Of a stretch of 64,000 nucleotides of DNA, positions 48,337-58,375 are shown piece by piece. Numbering within the stretch: the stretch's first letter is position 1; each line of letters begins with the position of its first letter. The stretch is from Carpediemonas membranifera BICM (lineage: Eukaryota > Protista > Fornicata): assembly GCA_019828565.1 (NCBI GenBank), contig JAHDYR010000011.1, positions 71,072 through 135,071 of the forward strand. Reading direction: 5' to 3'. The translations under genes were made by a program, and so were the position numbers. A model generated the notes under the pieces. The model saw only the letters and a list, made by a program, of their open reading frames with translations, was not told the DNA's origin and did no database searches.

Positions 48337-48975
48337 TCAAAAATTAAGCTTCTTGACGGGGGAATCAGGCTTGATGGTAGCCAAGTCAGCTCTTTTTCTG
48401 AGCTTTGGTACCAATGTTGTCACTGGAGTCTTTGTGGGTGTCTCTGCGGGTGTTTCTGCTGGGGTACGTGGCTCAGGCTGGAGCTTGCGATGCTTGATCC
48501 TGATTACAACGGCTGGAGGCCATTGAATGCCGGTGCAAGTGATCAGACTGGAGACATCGTGGAGTCCAAGTCCCCGAAACAGCACAGACATCCTGTTTCT
48601 AAACTCCTGCAAGTGTTCAGCTGCATTTGCTCTGTCTCTGACAACCAGGTAGGGTATCTTTGTGCCAATGAGCTCTGTGCCACCCTTTCTACTTGCCACA
48701 AATGCCTGAATGGGCTCAGTAGTCGTGCGCCTGACGGAGTTTGCAATAGCAATCTTGCGAAAGCCGTTGCAGAGGCCCGATATCACATCCTGCATGCCAA
48801 GGAGAGCGCGATGAACGTCAGAGGTCGTCAGACCGATAGTTGGGATGTCCGCGACGTCGAAAAAGCATTCCAGGAAGCTAGTCACGAACAGCCGGCGGTA
48901 CTCTGTTCTCTTATCCGATCCGCAAGACGTGCCCTGCGAAATCTCAGCTTTCTTCGCAGTTTCACTGGTCGTCAT
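48337..48975 (-). CDS. Hypothetical cargo protein (possibly an upstream exon of the PHD gene)
   Basis: 212-aa ORF ending 7 nt before the PHD ORF start. Confidence 0.55.
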   Translation of the reverse strand: MTTSETAKKAEISQGTSCGSDKRTEYRRLFVTSFLECFFDVADIPTIGLTTSDVHRALLGMQDVISGLCNGFRKIAIANSVRRTTTEPIQAFVASRKGGTELIGTKIPYLVVRDRANAAEHLQEFRNRMSVLFRGLGLHDVSSLITCTGIQWPPAVVIRIKHRKLQPEPRTPAETPAETPTKTPVTTLVPKLRKRADLATIKPDSPVKKLNF

Positions 48976-49449
48976 ATTCTCATCTTAAACTGCGCAGGTG
49001 TTGACGACAATGTTCCGGTTATCCACGAACGAAAGGCTTAATCATATGACCAGTTGCCTCCATGAAGTCGGCAAGATACAAGATTCTGTTCGAGAAATAC
49101 GAAATCACATCACTGGGCTGAATTGCGAGGGTTTGGTGAATGAGAGGCTGAATGACACACAACACGTTCTGGAAGAGATAGGAGATATGTTTATAGATGT
49201 AATACAGCAACTTAAAGACCACTAACACGTTATTATCACTTTGAATAAGCAATGAATGGTTATGCAACATCAGCACCTACCTACGAATCACAAGAATGCC
49301 CCTAGCACGTCGTATGCAAGCAAAAATGAGACTTACCCGTACCTTCCGCACGTTTCTCTACGTTTCACCAACGTTGGTGAAACGTGTGAAATAGTGAAAA
49401 AGATACGGGTGAATCTCATTTTTTCTTGCAGTTTCTTGTGCAAAAGGGT

Positions 49450-49497
49450 GTTTATCCTCCGTATATCCCCGGATTAACTGGCCATTCTAACAGTATG
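49450..49497 (-). repeat. Right TIR, 48 bp
   Basis: Exact reverse complement of 37369..37416. Confidence 0.97.
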
Positions 49498-49572
49498 CTG
49501 GCAATTGGGACAAATATTGAGCCAACAGGCTTCGATTCTAGCTCAATTGGGGTGAGTGCGGCCTCTTGCCGG
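49498..49572 (-). mobile_element. CRE-like unit 6 continuation (75 bp) between the DNA transposon and the Gypsy LTR
   Basis: Identical to unit 2 sequence ctggcaattgggac...cttgccgg (~6816..6890). Confidence 0.9.
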
Positions 49573-49665
49573 TGTGGCGACAACAGTATTTACACATAAC
49601 CTGCGAAGCAGGGGTGAGTGTGCCCGTAGTTATAAATAGCAATAATAATAACTGAGGCACTGACA
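49573..49665 (-). repeat. Putative 3' LTR, 93 bp, preceded on the minus strand by a polypurine tract (49666..49677)
   Basis: TGT...ACA termini. Begins exactly where the CRE sequence breaks. A G-run polypurine tract is adjacent on the minus strand. The partner LTR is not in the window. Confidence 0.7.
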
Positions 49666-50048
49666 CTACCCCCCTCGAGCTGTAAGTGGGGCGTATGAAT
49701 GATGGTGCCGAAGATATGTTTTGATGTCATCAAATCTTTCGGTCAGATCTCGAGTATATTCTCCACGATATTCGCCAGGAGTCTGGGTTCGAGTCCCGGG
49801 ATGGTCACTTTTGTCGAACAGCGGATCAATTGATGAGCGAGTTGTTCGTGATGACGGTATGATGTCCAGAATGAGCCTGGTGTGTTCGAAACGCGAAGGA
49901 TACTTGTTAGAAAGTCCTTCTTTCCCCCCTTTTCCTGCTATCGGTTCTCGATGAGGGAATGCATGATGTTCCTGTTCGAACTGCGTTCGTTCGGATGAAT
50001 GTTTGTACAATAAGCAACATCAACATGAGAGTAGGATGGGCTGATGTT

Positions 50049-53000
50049 CTATAGTCGCTTTTCCAGCTTTGAGCGCTCGTCGGGCGGTAGCGTCAACAAG
50101 TAACTGTCTAATGCGACGAGCTGGCGGTTCTCTGCATCTAGAGGTTCCCACGTAGCCTCTGAGCGTTCGAATCCTGCCCAGAGAATCTTGATCAGGCCTG
50201 GTTCCTTCCTCAGGTCGTGATCCAGGATGGCTTCGACGACAAGTTCGTCGTGATCCAGGGCCGCCATTTTGAGGGCCGCCTCTGGGCTGACGGGCGCTGC
50301 GATCATGCGCTCCCCGTGGATGTGGACCACCTTCTTCGTAATGAGGTCCTTCAGTCGGTAGACGTTGGGGTCTTCGCCACGACCCAGGACCTTAAGTGGT
50401 CCCCGGAGGAAGGGTGAGAGCTTCTGGGGCTTCCTGCTCGGGATGATAAACGCAAACTCGTGCGGCTTCCACCTGTGGGTGGTCTTGAAGTGATCTCCCC
50501 GGCGCTTAGCCGCGTTGTACTCCTCCACAGCATGCTTGCTCAGTGCGCGGATGCGGCCGAGGGCCTCGATGTGACTGGCGAGAGCTGTAGATGCGCGCTC
50601 GGGGTCGGTGTAGCTGCGTGGGGTCTTCAAGTGTCGAGGGCTGATGCCCAGTAAGGCCTCGAGGGGTGATATTCCCCCCAGAGTGCGATGTGGAGCGGAG
50701 TTGACGAGGAATTGGGCCATATAAAGCCATCGTTGCCATTTGTTGGACTCTGCTTCCATCATGAGTTTGCGTAGAGCGCGCACGGCCGTGCCATTCGCTC
50801 GCTCAACTATACCCGAGCTCTGTGGATGGTAGGCTGTAGCAATGTGGTGCTTGAGGGTCAATTCACTCGTAAGCTTCTCCATAAGCTTGTTGCGGTACTG
50901 GGATCCTCCATCGGTGTGGATCTCCTGAGGAATGCCGAAGCGGCCAGCGAATGCGAGTAGGGCCTGTGCGGCTGAGTCTGCCGACGTGTCCCGGACTGGA
51001 ACTAGGTCGACGTACTTGGTAAAGGAGTCAATGATGGTGATGATATATCGATTGCCCCGAGTGGATTCGGGCAGGGGCCCGATCGTGTCCAGCTGGACTG
51101 TCTCGAACGGCTCTACCCTCTGCGTGCTATGCCACGCGGTCTGGCGCGCTTGGATCTGTCGAGTCTTCAGACATGCCGGACAGGTCCGAACGAAGGCGTC
51201 GATGTAGGGGTCAATGGTCTCGCGTTGAGCTGGCGTTGCCAGCCTGCGGATGATTCTGGCTGATGGGTGGCCGGCGGATCCTCCATGAAGGGTCCGGAGG
51301 ATGGCGCGGGCGTCTTCTGGTATGTCGTCAGTGGTCAGGAAGCAGCAGCGACTAAGAGCGTCTGCTACAGCGTTGTCCTCCCCTGCCACATGTGATATCT
51401 CCGCGGGGAACTGCTGGAGGGTGATCCTCCAGCGCATTACCTTCGGTGAGCAGTCCGAGCGCTTCATGAGGTAGACGATATTGCGATGGTCCGTGTGGAC
51501 GTGTAGGTCCGTGGCCATGGTGAACAGGGGCTGCATGTCTGATCTGGTGAGTGCACTAAGGATACCATACAGTTCCTTATCATAGGTGCACCAGCGGCGT
51601 TGCACATCAGTTAGTCTCTTGGAGAATAACGTGACGGGCTGATGTTGGCCGTCCGCAGCGATCTGGTATAGAATACCGCCGACCGCGTTGTCGGACGCGT
51701 CTGTATAGAGATGCCAGGGTAGACCCGGGTCCGGCTGGGTGAGGGTGATGGCCTCCGCTGTGGCCTCCTTGAGGCTCTGGAGGGCCTGTTCTTGTGGATC
51801 ACCCCACTCCTCGGCCTTGATTGCGTCATAGAGCGGGCCAAGAAGCTCCTGTGCGCGCGGAAGGTGCTCAGCGATGTAATTGAACATGCCAGCGATGCGT
51901 CGCATGTCCTTGACAGAGGTGGGAGATGTGATGTCGTTGAGGGCCTTGGCTCTCTCGGGGTCCACGCTGCGACCTTGCTCCGAGATGTCGAAGCCGACGA
52001 CCTTGACCTTACGGGAGGCGAACTTGCACTTCGCGAGGTTAAGTCTCAAGTCATGGCGATCGAGTAGCACTAAGGTGTGCTCTAGCGTCTGGAGGAATTC
52101 CTCCTGTGTCTTTGCGTGGATGAGGATGTCATCAATGTAGACCATAACACCCTTGTGAAGCACGGGTGCGAGGACTCCTTGCATGACTCTTTGGAAGTGA
52201 GACGGCGCATTTGCTAGGCCGAATGGCACCCGCACGAACTCGTCATACGCGTCTGGGGTGATCATAGCCGTCTTGCGGACGTCGTCCGGGTGGACTGGGA
52301 CTTGATGATACCCGGACGTGAGGTCCAGCGCCGCGAAGAAGCGTGAGCCGGATGCTTCCCGTACAAACGACTTCAAGTCGGGGAGGGGGAAGTGGTCCTT
52401 GACTGTGATCCTATTGAGAGCTGTATAGTCAATACACAGTCTGATGGCGCCGGATGCCTTGTCTACGACGACAATGGGAGAGGCAAACGGTCCCTGTGAG
52501 GCCCGTGTGATACCTGCCGATCGCAGGCGCTGCAGCTCTTCTCTGACTTGCTCACGGCGTCTGGGATTGAGGCGGCGGGGCTTGGCTTGCACGAGGTGCT
52601 GTTCGTCCACTAGCGGGATGCGCATGGCGGGCACCTTGGCTCCTCCGGGCGCCAGGCCGTCAAAAACGTGAGGGTGCTGCACCAATATCGCTGTGATCGG
52701 TTGCTTAAGCTCCTCGATCTCAATGTTGGGCTGTACGTCGTCGGCCAGCAGTAATTCTTCTGCTGGTCTGAAAGGAATATCGTCCCCTTCGTCTGCTGCG
52801 GTTTCTTTCACGAGCTTAACAAAAAGGCCATCGGAAGTGAGGCATCCGAGGCTTCTCAGAATATCGCAGCCTATGAGGATCAGGGGGGTTTTCCCTGGTA
52901 TGATGTCGAGGTTGGCAGTGAAGCGGGTCTCGTGGCCAGCTAGGGCCACTCGGAGGTCCGCGGAGGTCCGGCCATTAGCGGTGGCCACTGACTGGTCTGC

Positions 53001-53105
53001 CAGTAAATAATGCCGCGTAGGGCCCGTTGAATGGGGTAGGGCGAGATCCTTTGCTAGTCCCTCCGAAACTCCTGAACGTCTGGCGCATGAATCAATGTGG
53101 AACAC
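50049..53105 (-). CDS. pol: Gypsy Pol polyprotein
   Basis: IDSCA (protease), RLCIDY, YIDD, TDAS, H-H-C-C integrase zinc finger, QLD..HTDGG..VER, and VEAILDH..WAGF..ATWEP (chromodomain). Confidence 0.96.
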   Translation of the reverse strand: MFHIDSCARRSGVSEGLAKDLALPHSTGPTRHYLLADQSVATANGRTSADLRVALAGHETRFTANLDIIPGKTPLILIGCDILRSLGCLTSDGLFVKLVKETAADEGDDIPFRPAEELLLADDVQPNIEIEELKQPITAILVQHPHVFDGLAPGGAKVPAMRIPLVDEQHLVQAKPRRLNPRRREQVREELQRLRSAGITRASQGPFASPIVVVDKASGAIRLCIDYTALNRITVKDHFPLPDLKSFVREASGSRFFAALDLTSGYHQVPVHPDDVRKTAMITPDAYDEFVRVPFGLANAPSHFQRVMQGVLAPVLHKGVMVYIDDILIHAKTQEEFLQTLEHTLVLLDRHDLRLNLAKCKFASRKVKVVGFDISEQGRSVDPERAKALNDITSPTSVKDMRRIAGMFNYIAEHLPRAQELLGPLYDAIKAEEWGDPQEQALQSLKEATAEAITLTQPDPGLPWHLYTDASDNAVGGILYQIAADGQHQPVTLFSKRLTDVQRRWCTYDKELYGILSALTRSDMQPLFTMATDLHVHTDHRNIVYLMKRSDCSPKVMRWRITLQQFPAEISHVAGEDNAVADALSRCCFLTTDDIPEDARAILRTLHGGSAGHPSARIIRRLATPAQRETIDPYIDAFVRTCPACLKTRQIQARQTAWHSTQRVEPFETVQLDTIGPLPESTRGNRYIITIIDSFTKYVDLVPVRDTSADSAAQALLAFAGRFGIPQEIHTDGGSQYRNKLMEKLTSELTLKHHIATAYHPQSSGIVERANGTAVRALRKLMMEAESNKWQRWLYMAQFLVNSAPHRTLGGISPLEALLGISPRHLKTPRSYTDPERASTALASHIEALGRIRALSKHAVEEYNAAKRRGDHFKTTHRWKPHEFAFIIPSRKPQKLSPFLRGPLKVLGRGEDPNVYRLKDLITKKVVHIHGERMIAAPVSPEAALKMAALDHDELVVEAILDHDLRKEPGLIKILWAGFERSEATWEPLDAENRQLVALDSYLLTLPPDERSKLEKRL

Positions 53106-54273
53106 GTACTCTTGGCAAAGAAAGAAAGAATTTAATGTGTCCTGCTACTCGTCCTGCTGTGTAAGCTGAATGTCACAGTTTGTGTCACCCCTTCGAGGAA
53201 CGCCTAAGCGTGTTGGTACCTCTACAGAGCACACCTAACACTTCCTAAGAGGGCGTGAACAACGGCCGTCAAGGCCTAGCTGGTACGCTAGAGGGATCCT
53301 ATACATGGCCACATTAATACCCCCAAAGTTAGGCTAACCCAGGTCTTACTCTTAGGGGCCCTTTGGGTCCCAGGTCTGCCTGGCACCTACAAAGCCTTGC
53401 CCTGCACGCTGCTGTCAGGGACCTTCCGTACGTTTCCCCTCTCCCCCGGGTCCCCTAGGGAGGTCCTGGAGTTTCCTCGACCCGCTCGCCATGTTTCAGG
53501 CACCCGCCAGGGCGGGGTCGGGTCTAGAGTTCGCCGTACCAGCTGGGCCGGGTTAGGAACCCACCGACGCCGCGTAGGTAGACTTCCACGGACTTGCCGG
53601 CTGCGTTCGGGCTCATCTAGCGCTGTCCGATTTCACTCCAGGTTCCCATTATCGGGGGGGAGCTCCCAGGGGCGGTTGCCACGTCTTCCAGTGTTCCTGG
53701 CTAGGCGCCGGGCCACATCAGGATGGCCCTGCCTTCCCGGCAGGTTACCGACGGAGTGGGTAGCTTCTTGCGTCATCCAGTACCTCCGCCAGTCTGCCAT
53801 GCATCATCCTCCTGGTGCGCCCCCACTGTGTGGGGAGGGGGTACCCCCTTGCGCGCCGGAGGGATGCGCCGGACTGCTTGTCCGGACGCTTGCGCCCTAC
53901 TGGCCCAGCTGTTTTGCCAGGCCTTCCCTATTTCGTGCTTGTTGTATGCGGTTGTCCCTTAGTGGTCCTTTGCAGCCTTCCCTCCGCCTGGCGCTACCGG
54001 AACATGTGGTGTTGTCCTCATTGGTTCCAGGCCCGCTGCGCTTGGGGTCGGTGCTCGGGCCACCTTTCCAGGCCGCCCTGTGGGTTGGGCCTGTCCCCTC
54101 TTGGTGGTGGGGGAGTTGTTTCAAGTGTGATGCAGGCATCAGAGTGCTCCCTTGCTGCGTGGGTTGGGTTGGGTGTGCGGCCGGGCGCTACCGGAACATG
54201 TGGGGGGAAAACACCTCCCGCCGGTTCCAGGAATGTTCCGCCCTGTGCCTTGTCTTCACCCAGGGCTTTCCTC

Positions 54274-57200
54274 CTAAGGGTCTGGGCCTGTTCTGAGGTT
54301 CATGAGGGCCTTTTTCCCGCATAATAGACCCTCCTTCACTGTTTCATCCTCCTGTTGCAGTAGCCAGTGGAGCTCCAATATGGCCCTGGAGTTATACCAC
54401 TCCCCATCTGGGCCGTGCCGCAGCCTACTTGCCATGGTGTGTGTTGCCGCAGCTTCCCAGCACTGCTCCCACCCACTTGGGCGGCCGACGCCCTGGCACT
54501 CCGCTATGATGTGGCTTTGTGTTCCTAGCGGTTGGTCTTCCAGCCACCCGGCTACTGCAACTAGCGCCTGCGCCTGGGGGGGGTATAGTTGGAGGTAGTT
54601 GATCAATTCGCGTTCGGCTGCGAGTGTGCATATCGGGCATATTCTTTTGGATACGGTCGCAGAGCATTTCCTGCCCAGGGTACCTCCTGCTTATGATGAG
54701 CGCGGCTCCTCGAGTTGTGTGGCTGTTGCTAGCGGAGGGGAGCGTGTTGGAGGCTGTTGCAACTACCCTCTTCAGCTCCCTCCTGAGCATCATCTCCCCT
54801 CTGATAATCTTTTGGTTTCTTGGGTGCTCTCCCGCCTGCCATTGTTTGCATTGCCTCCGCAGCTAGCACTTCGGCGGCCGCCTTGGCTGTTCGGCTACCT
54901 TTGGTGGCGATGTCTCGTGCTGTCATCTTCCATCCCCCGGCTATTGCTCTGGGTCTGGGTCCGTGAAGGTCGCTAGGGGCCAGATCTAGTACGTTGTCTG
55001 CCCACTTGTTCAGCTTTCCGATAACGGACTTGGGGTTCGCTCTTCCCCAGTCGAAGTCCGCTAGGGGCGATGGGCGGTCAGGGTCCCGGGCCGATTCGCG
55101 GATTCTAACCGCTCTTACACCCATGTCCGCTTCCCAGCACATCCATCCCATCATCAGGCGGGCGACACCCCCTCCACCGGGTCCGGTTCCCGCCATGAGT
55201 CCTCGCCAGTCGTTCCAAAGCCTTCTGCCTCCTGGGACTTGGCCCCAGATTTCGATTCCGAATTCGATCTTTGGCCATAGGAAGGTGCGGAGGATGGACT
55301 CGGAGACAGCCGCGGGCGTGGAGCCTTTAGTCCATCCCACTCTCCGGGCGAGGGCGATGTACTTGTTCGACTGTTCTCTTTTCTTTGCGATGCATGCGCT
55401 GAGCGGATGAGGGCCACTTGCTATCCAGAGTCCCAAGTATCGGCCTGACTCCGCTGCTCGGGTGGCCTCCCCTTGAATTCGCACTTCCGCATTTGGATTG
55501 GTACTTATGACGATGTTCTTTCCTGGGCTGATACACAGCTTGTGTGCCACTATCACTTCCACCATTGCGGCGGTGAGGGACTCCGCATCATTTTTCTTTC
55601 TTTGCCGAGATGCTCGTATCGTCTACGAACATTGCTATGATGCCATTCCCGGGTCTGTGGTGGGTGGGGGAAGCTTCGGGTCTGGTATCTCGCCGTACTG
55701 TATTCTGAGTGACGCCTGGCTAATCCAGTTGGCCGTAAATAGTATGAATAGGGTGGGGGCGACCACGCAACCTTGCTTGACTCCTAGGTTCGTTTCGGAC
55801 CATAGGTCGGATCCCCTTACCGCAATGTAGGTCCTCTCCATTGTGCTTTGTACTGCTCTGACTAGGTGGGGGTGTACACCCATATTGATCAGCTTGCTGA
55901 CTAGGATGTCCCTGGGAACCGTGTCGTACGCCTTTGCAATGTCGAGCAGCACGCTGGTCCGGTCTCCTTCTTGGTGCAGTTGGGTTAGGAGGGCGATGTG
56001 GTCTATGACTGTCTTTCCCTTCATGAAGCCGATCTGCTCTCTGGGGGTGTGCCTCTCAACTGTTGGTTTGAGCCTCCATTTGAGTACCTTCCCATATGCT
56101 CGGTAGAGGAGGGGGGGTGAGTGAGATGGGTCGGTAGGATCCTGGCAGTAGCTTATCTTTCCCTACTTTGTGTATCGGGGAGATGGAGGCGTACTTCCAC
56201 GTGGTGGGTAGTTCCCCAGACTCGTATACTTTCTGGAAGAGGCATGTGATTGCCCTGTAGGCCGCCTGGGGGAGGTCTCTCAGACATTCGCCCGTGATAC
56301 CATCCGGGCCTCCTGCCGATGATTTCTTCAGGGACTTGATGGCGGCCGTGACCTCCTCCTCCGTGGGGGGTTGATCAGTTGTTTGGGCCGCCGGGATCTG
56401 GTCCCAACTAGGTGCTATGCCACTACTGACTTGGGCGTATTGCCTCTGCAGCTCCCTAGCTATCTCGTTTTCCCTTGTTAAGATCGACCTCTTTCCTCTG
56501 AGCATCGCCGGTAGCCCTGCGTGTTGTTTCTCGTTCCAGAACCTGTGGACCTGGTTTGCTATGACCTTCTTGGTGGTCTTATACCCTGCCCTTGCGCTGT
56601 TTTCCACCTGCTGCGTCCACTCCTCCTTGAAGCTTTTCCATGACTTCTGGAGCTCGTTGTTCAGGGTCCGCTTGATTTCCGCGGCCCCCGCTTTGTTCCA
56701 TCGGGCTAGGATGAGTTGCTTCCATACGTTCTCCGGGATCCTTTTTGCGATCTCCCTGGTCTGACGTTCCTAGCGGAAGTTTGAAATCCCACCGATAAGA
56801 GTTCCCGTATTTGGTACTCGATTGTATCTACATGGAGCTCCACATCGGGTTGCGGCCATTCCCTTGCCCTTTCCCCGTTGCGCTCTGGGAGGACATTCCA
56901 GGTGGTTGTTCCTGGGATTTCCAGCTTGGGTTTGGCCGGTTGTTTCTTCCAATGCGGTTCGTCCCAGGTTAGCTCCACTGCCCTATGGGGGGAGCCCCAA
57001 TGCCCCATCTCAGCTTTGTCAATGACTCTAGCTTTGGCCCTCGTGATCCCCCCAGATACAGCTGCATAATCCAGCGTCGAGGTGGTATTCCCACTCATGT
57101 ATGTGTGAGACGAGGGGAAAACTAGGTCTAGATTGTTTCGCTGTAGTGTGGCGCTGGTGGCATGGCGCAGGCTCCGCGGGTCACGGTTCCAGTCCCCCAT

Positions 57201-57648
57201 GATGATTATCTCGAAGCCGTGGTACTCTCTGACGATGTTTTCCAGCTGTTGGTCGAAGCGGTCTAGCTCCCGCTGCGCTGCGGTCACTTGGAGGGGCGTA
57301 TATGTTGATGACTGCGATAGCCCTTGAGGTTTCGAGGATGCTAACTTGAACTCGGGGGTTCGTGCCGTCAGATACTCCTACATCCCAGGTTGCCTGTGAA
57401 TGTGGGCTGATCACCGTGGCTACGCCTAGGTTAATCTTGCCCTTTCGAGCCTTGATGGGTTTGGCGTGCCCTGCACATGCGTATTGTAGGTCCGCCCAAC
57501 AGGGGACTACGGAGTTACCGTACCTGAATGTTTCCTGCAAGAGGAGGGCGTCCGGGCTCGTGTGCTTGCGAAGCGCTACCGCTATAGATCCGCTGTAGTC
57601 TTCATTGCCCGTTAAGTGTCCTTGGCTGTTAAGGGAGACTATTCGCAT
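54274..57648 (-). CDS. LINE ORF2: AP-endonuclease + reverse transcriptase (frameshifted in this sequence)
   Basis: IVSLN, LQET, NIYAP, GDWN, TLDY, SPHRAV; GPDGI, YRPISL, LDIAKAYDTV, GVKQGCVVAPTLF, MFVDD, RYLGL. Confidence 0.92.
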
Positions 57649-58375
57649 TCAGGTTGTTACTGCCTTAACCTGCACTCCTTATTCTGCACTACCTGCACAC
57701 TTTCATCTTGTTGTTGGGGTTTAGCATCTGCATAGTTGCCTTCCCAATGGGTGAGCGCCTATGTCGTCGTTGTTTAGCACGTTGGGTGGGCCGCTTCCCG
57801 CCCTGTGGGTTGTTGGTGGGCGGCCCGGGTAGGCGTCTTCTTTGCCCTTGATATTTCTCCAGGACCCAGAAGCATGCGCCATTCACATGGGGTGCTTGGC
57901 CAGAACGGCTGCTTCCTCCAGAGTCCCCAGACGTGGCCCAGGTTCCCTCTTGGAGCTGACCTAGGGTGTACCACCCCTTTCACTGGCCGCGCCCTCGCGG
58001 TGCTTGTCGGGACTTTCGTGCCAGTCTCTATAGCGCTTCTGGCCTCGCACATTGGCAGCATCGTTACCTAACTACGCATAGGTGGGAGCGACTCCTTTCG
58101 GCGCCCCTCCCAAGGCTGGAGTTCCAGCCTGCCGGACAGGCGGGTCCTCGATGGCGTTCCAACTGCCTCTTACCCGCCCCCCGGTCCCTGCGGGGAACAG
58201 GGGTTTTAAGAAAAGAAAAGTCACCCGGGCATTGGCGCCAGTACAGCCCTTCTGGCGGGCTCCAACGCTGCACCTATTCCGGCGCCTTCACTTCACCTAG
58301 TCCTACACTAACGTGCTATATATACACATCCCTTTAGACTCTGCACTCTTCCCTCCACTGCTTTGGTATGGCTCG

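Larger units (their letters stand above)
37369..49497 (+). mobile_element. Complete 12.1-kb TIR DNA transposon (CMC/Transib-like DDE) with cargo genes
   Basis: Perfect 48-bp TIRs and 2-bp TSD (ct). The flanks rejoin to the uninterrupted CRE sequence gtgccctggcaattggg seen at ~6811. Confidence 0.93.
49573..53116 (-). mobile_element. Ty3/Gypsy LTR retrotransposon with chromodomain, 3' part (gag and 5' LTR displaced out of view)
   Basis: 3' LTR, PPT and a pol ORF in PR-RT-RH-IN-chromo order. Confidence 0.95.

Noticed and set aside
53397-54296. 299-aa plus-strand ORF in the LINE 3' UTR
   Set aside because: Non-ATG start, low-information composition, and antisense to a GC-rich UTR.
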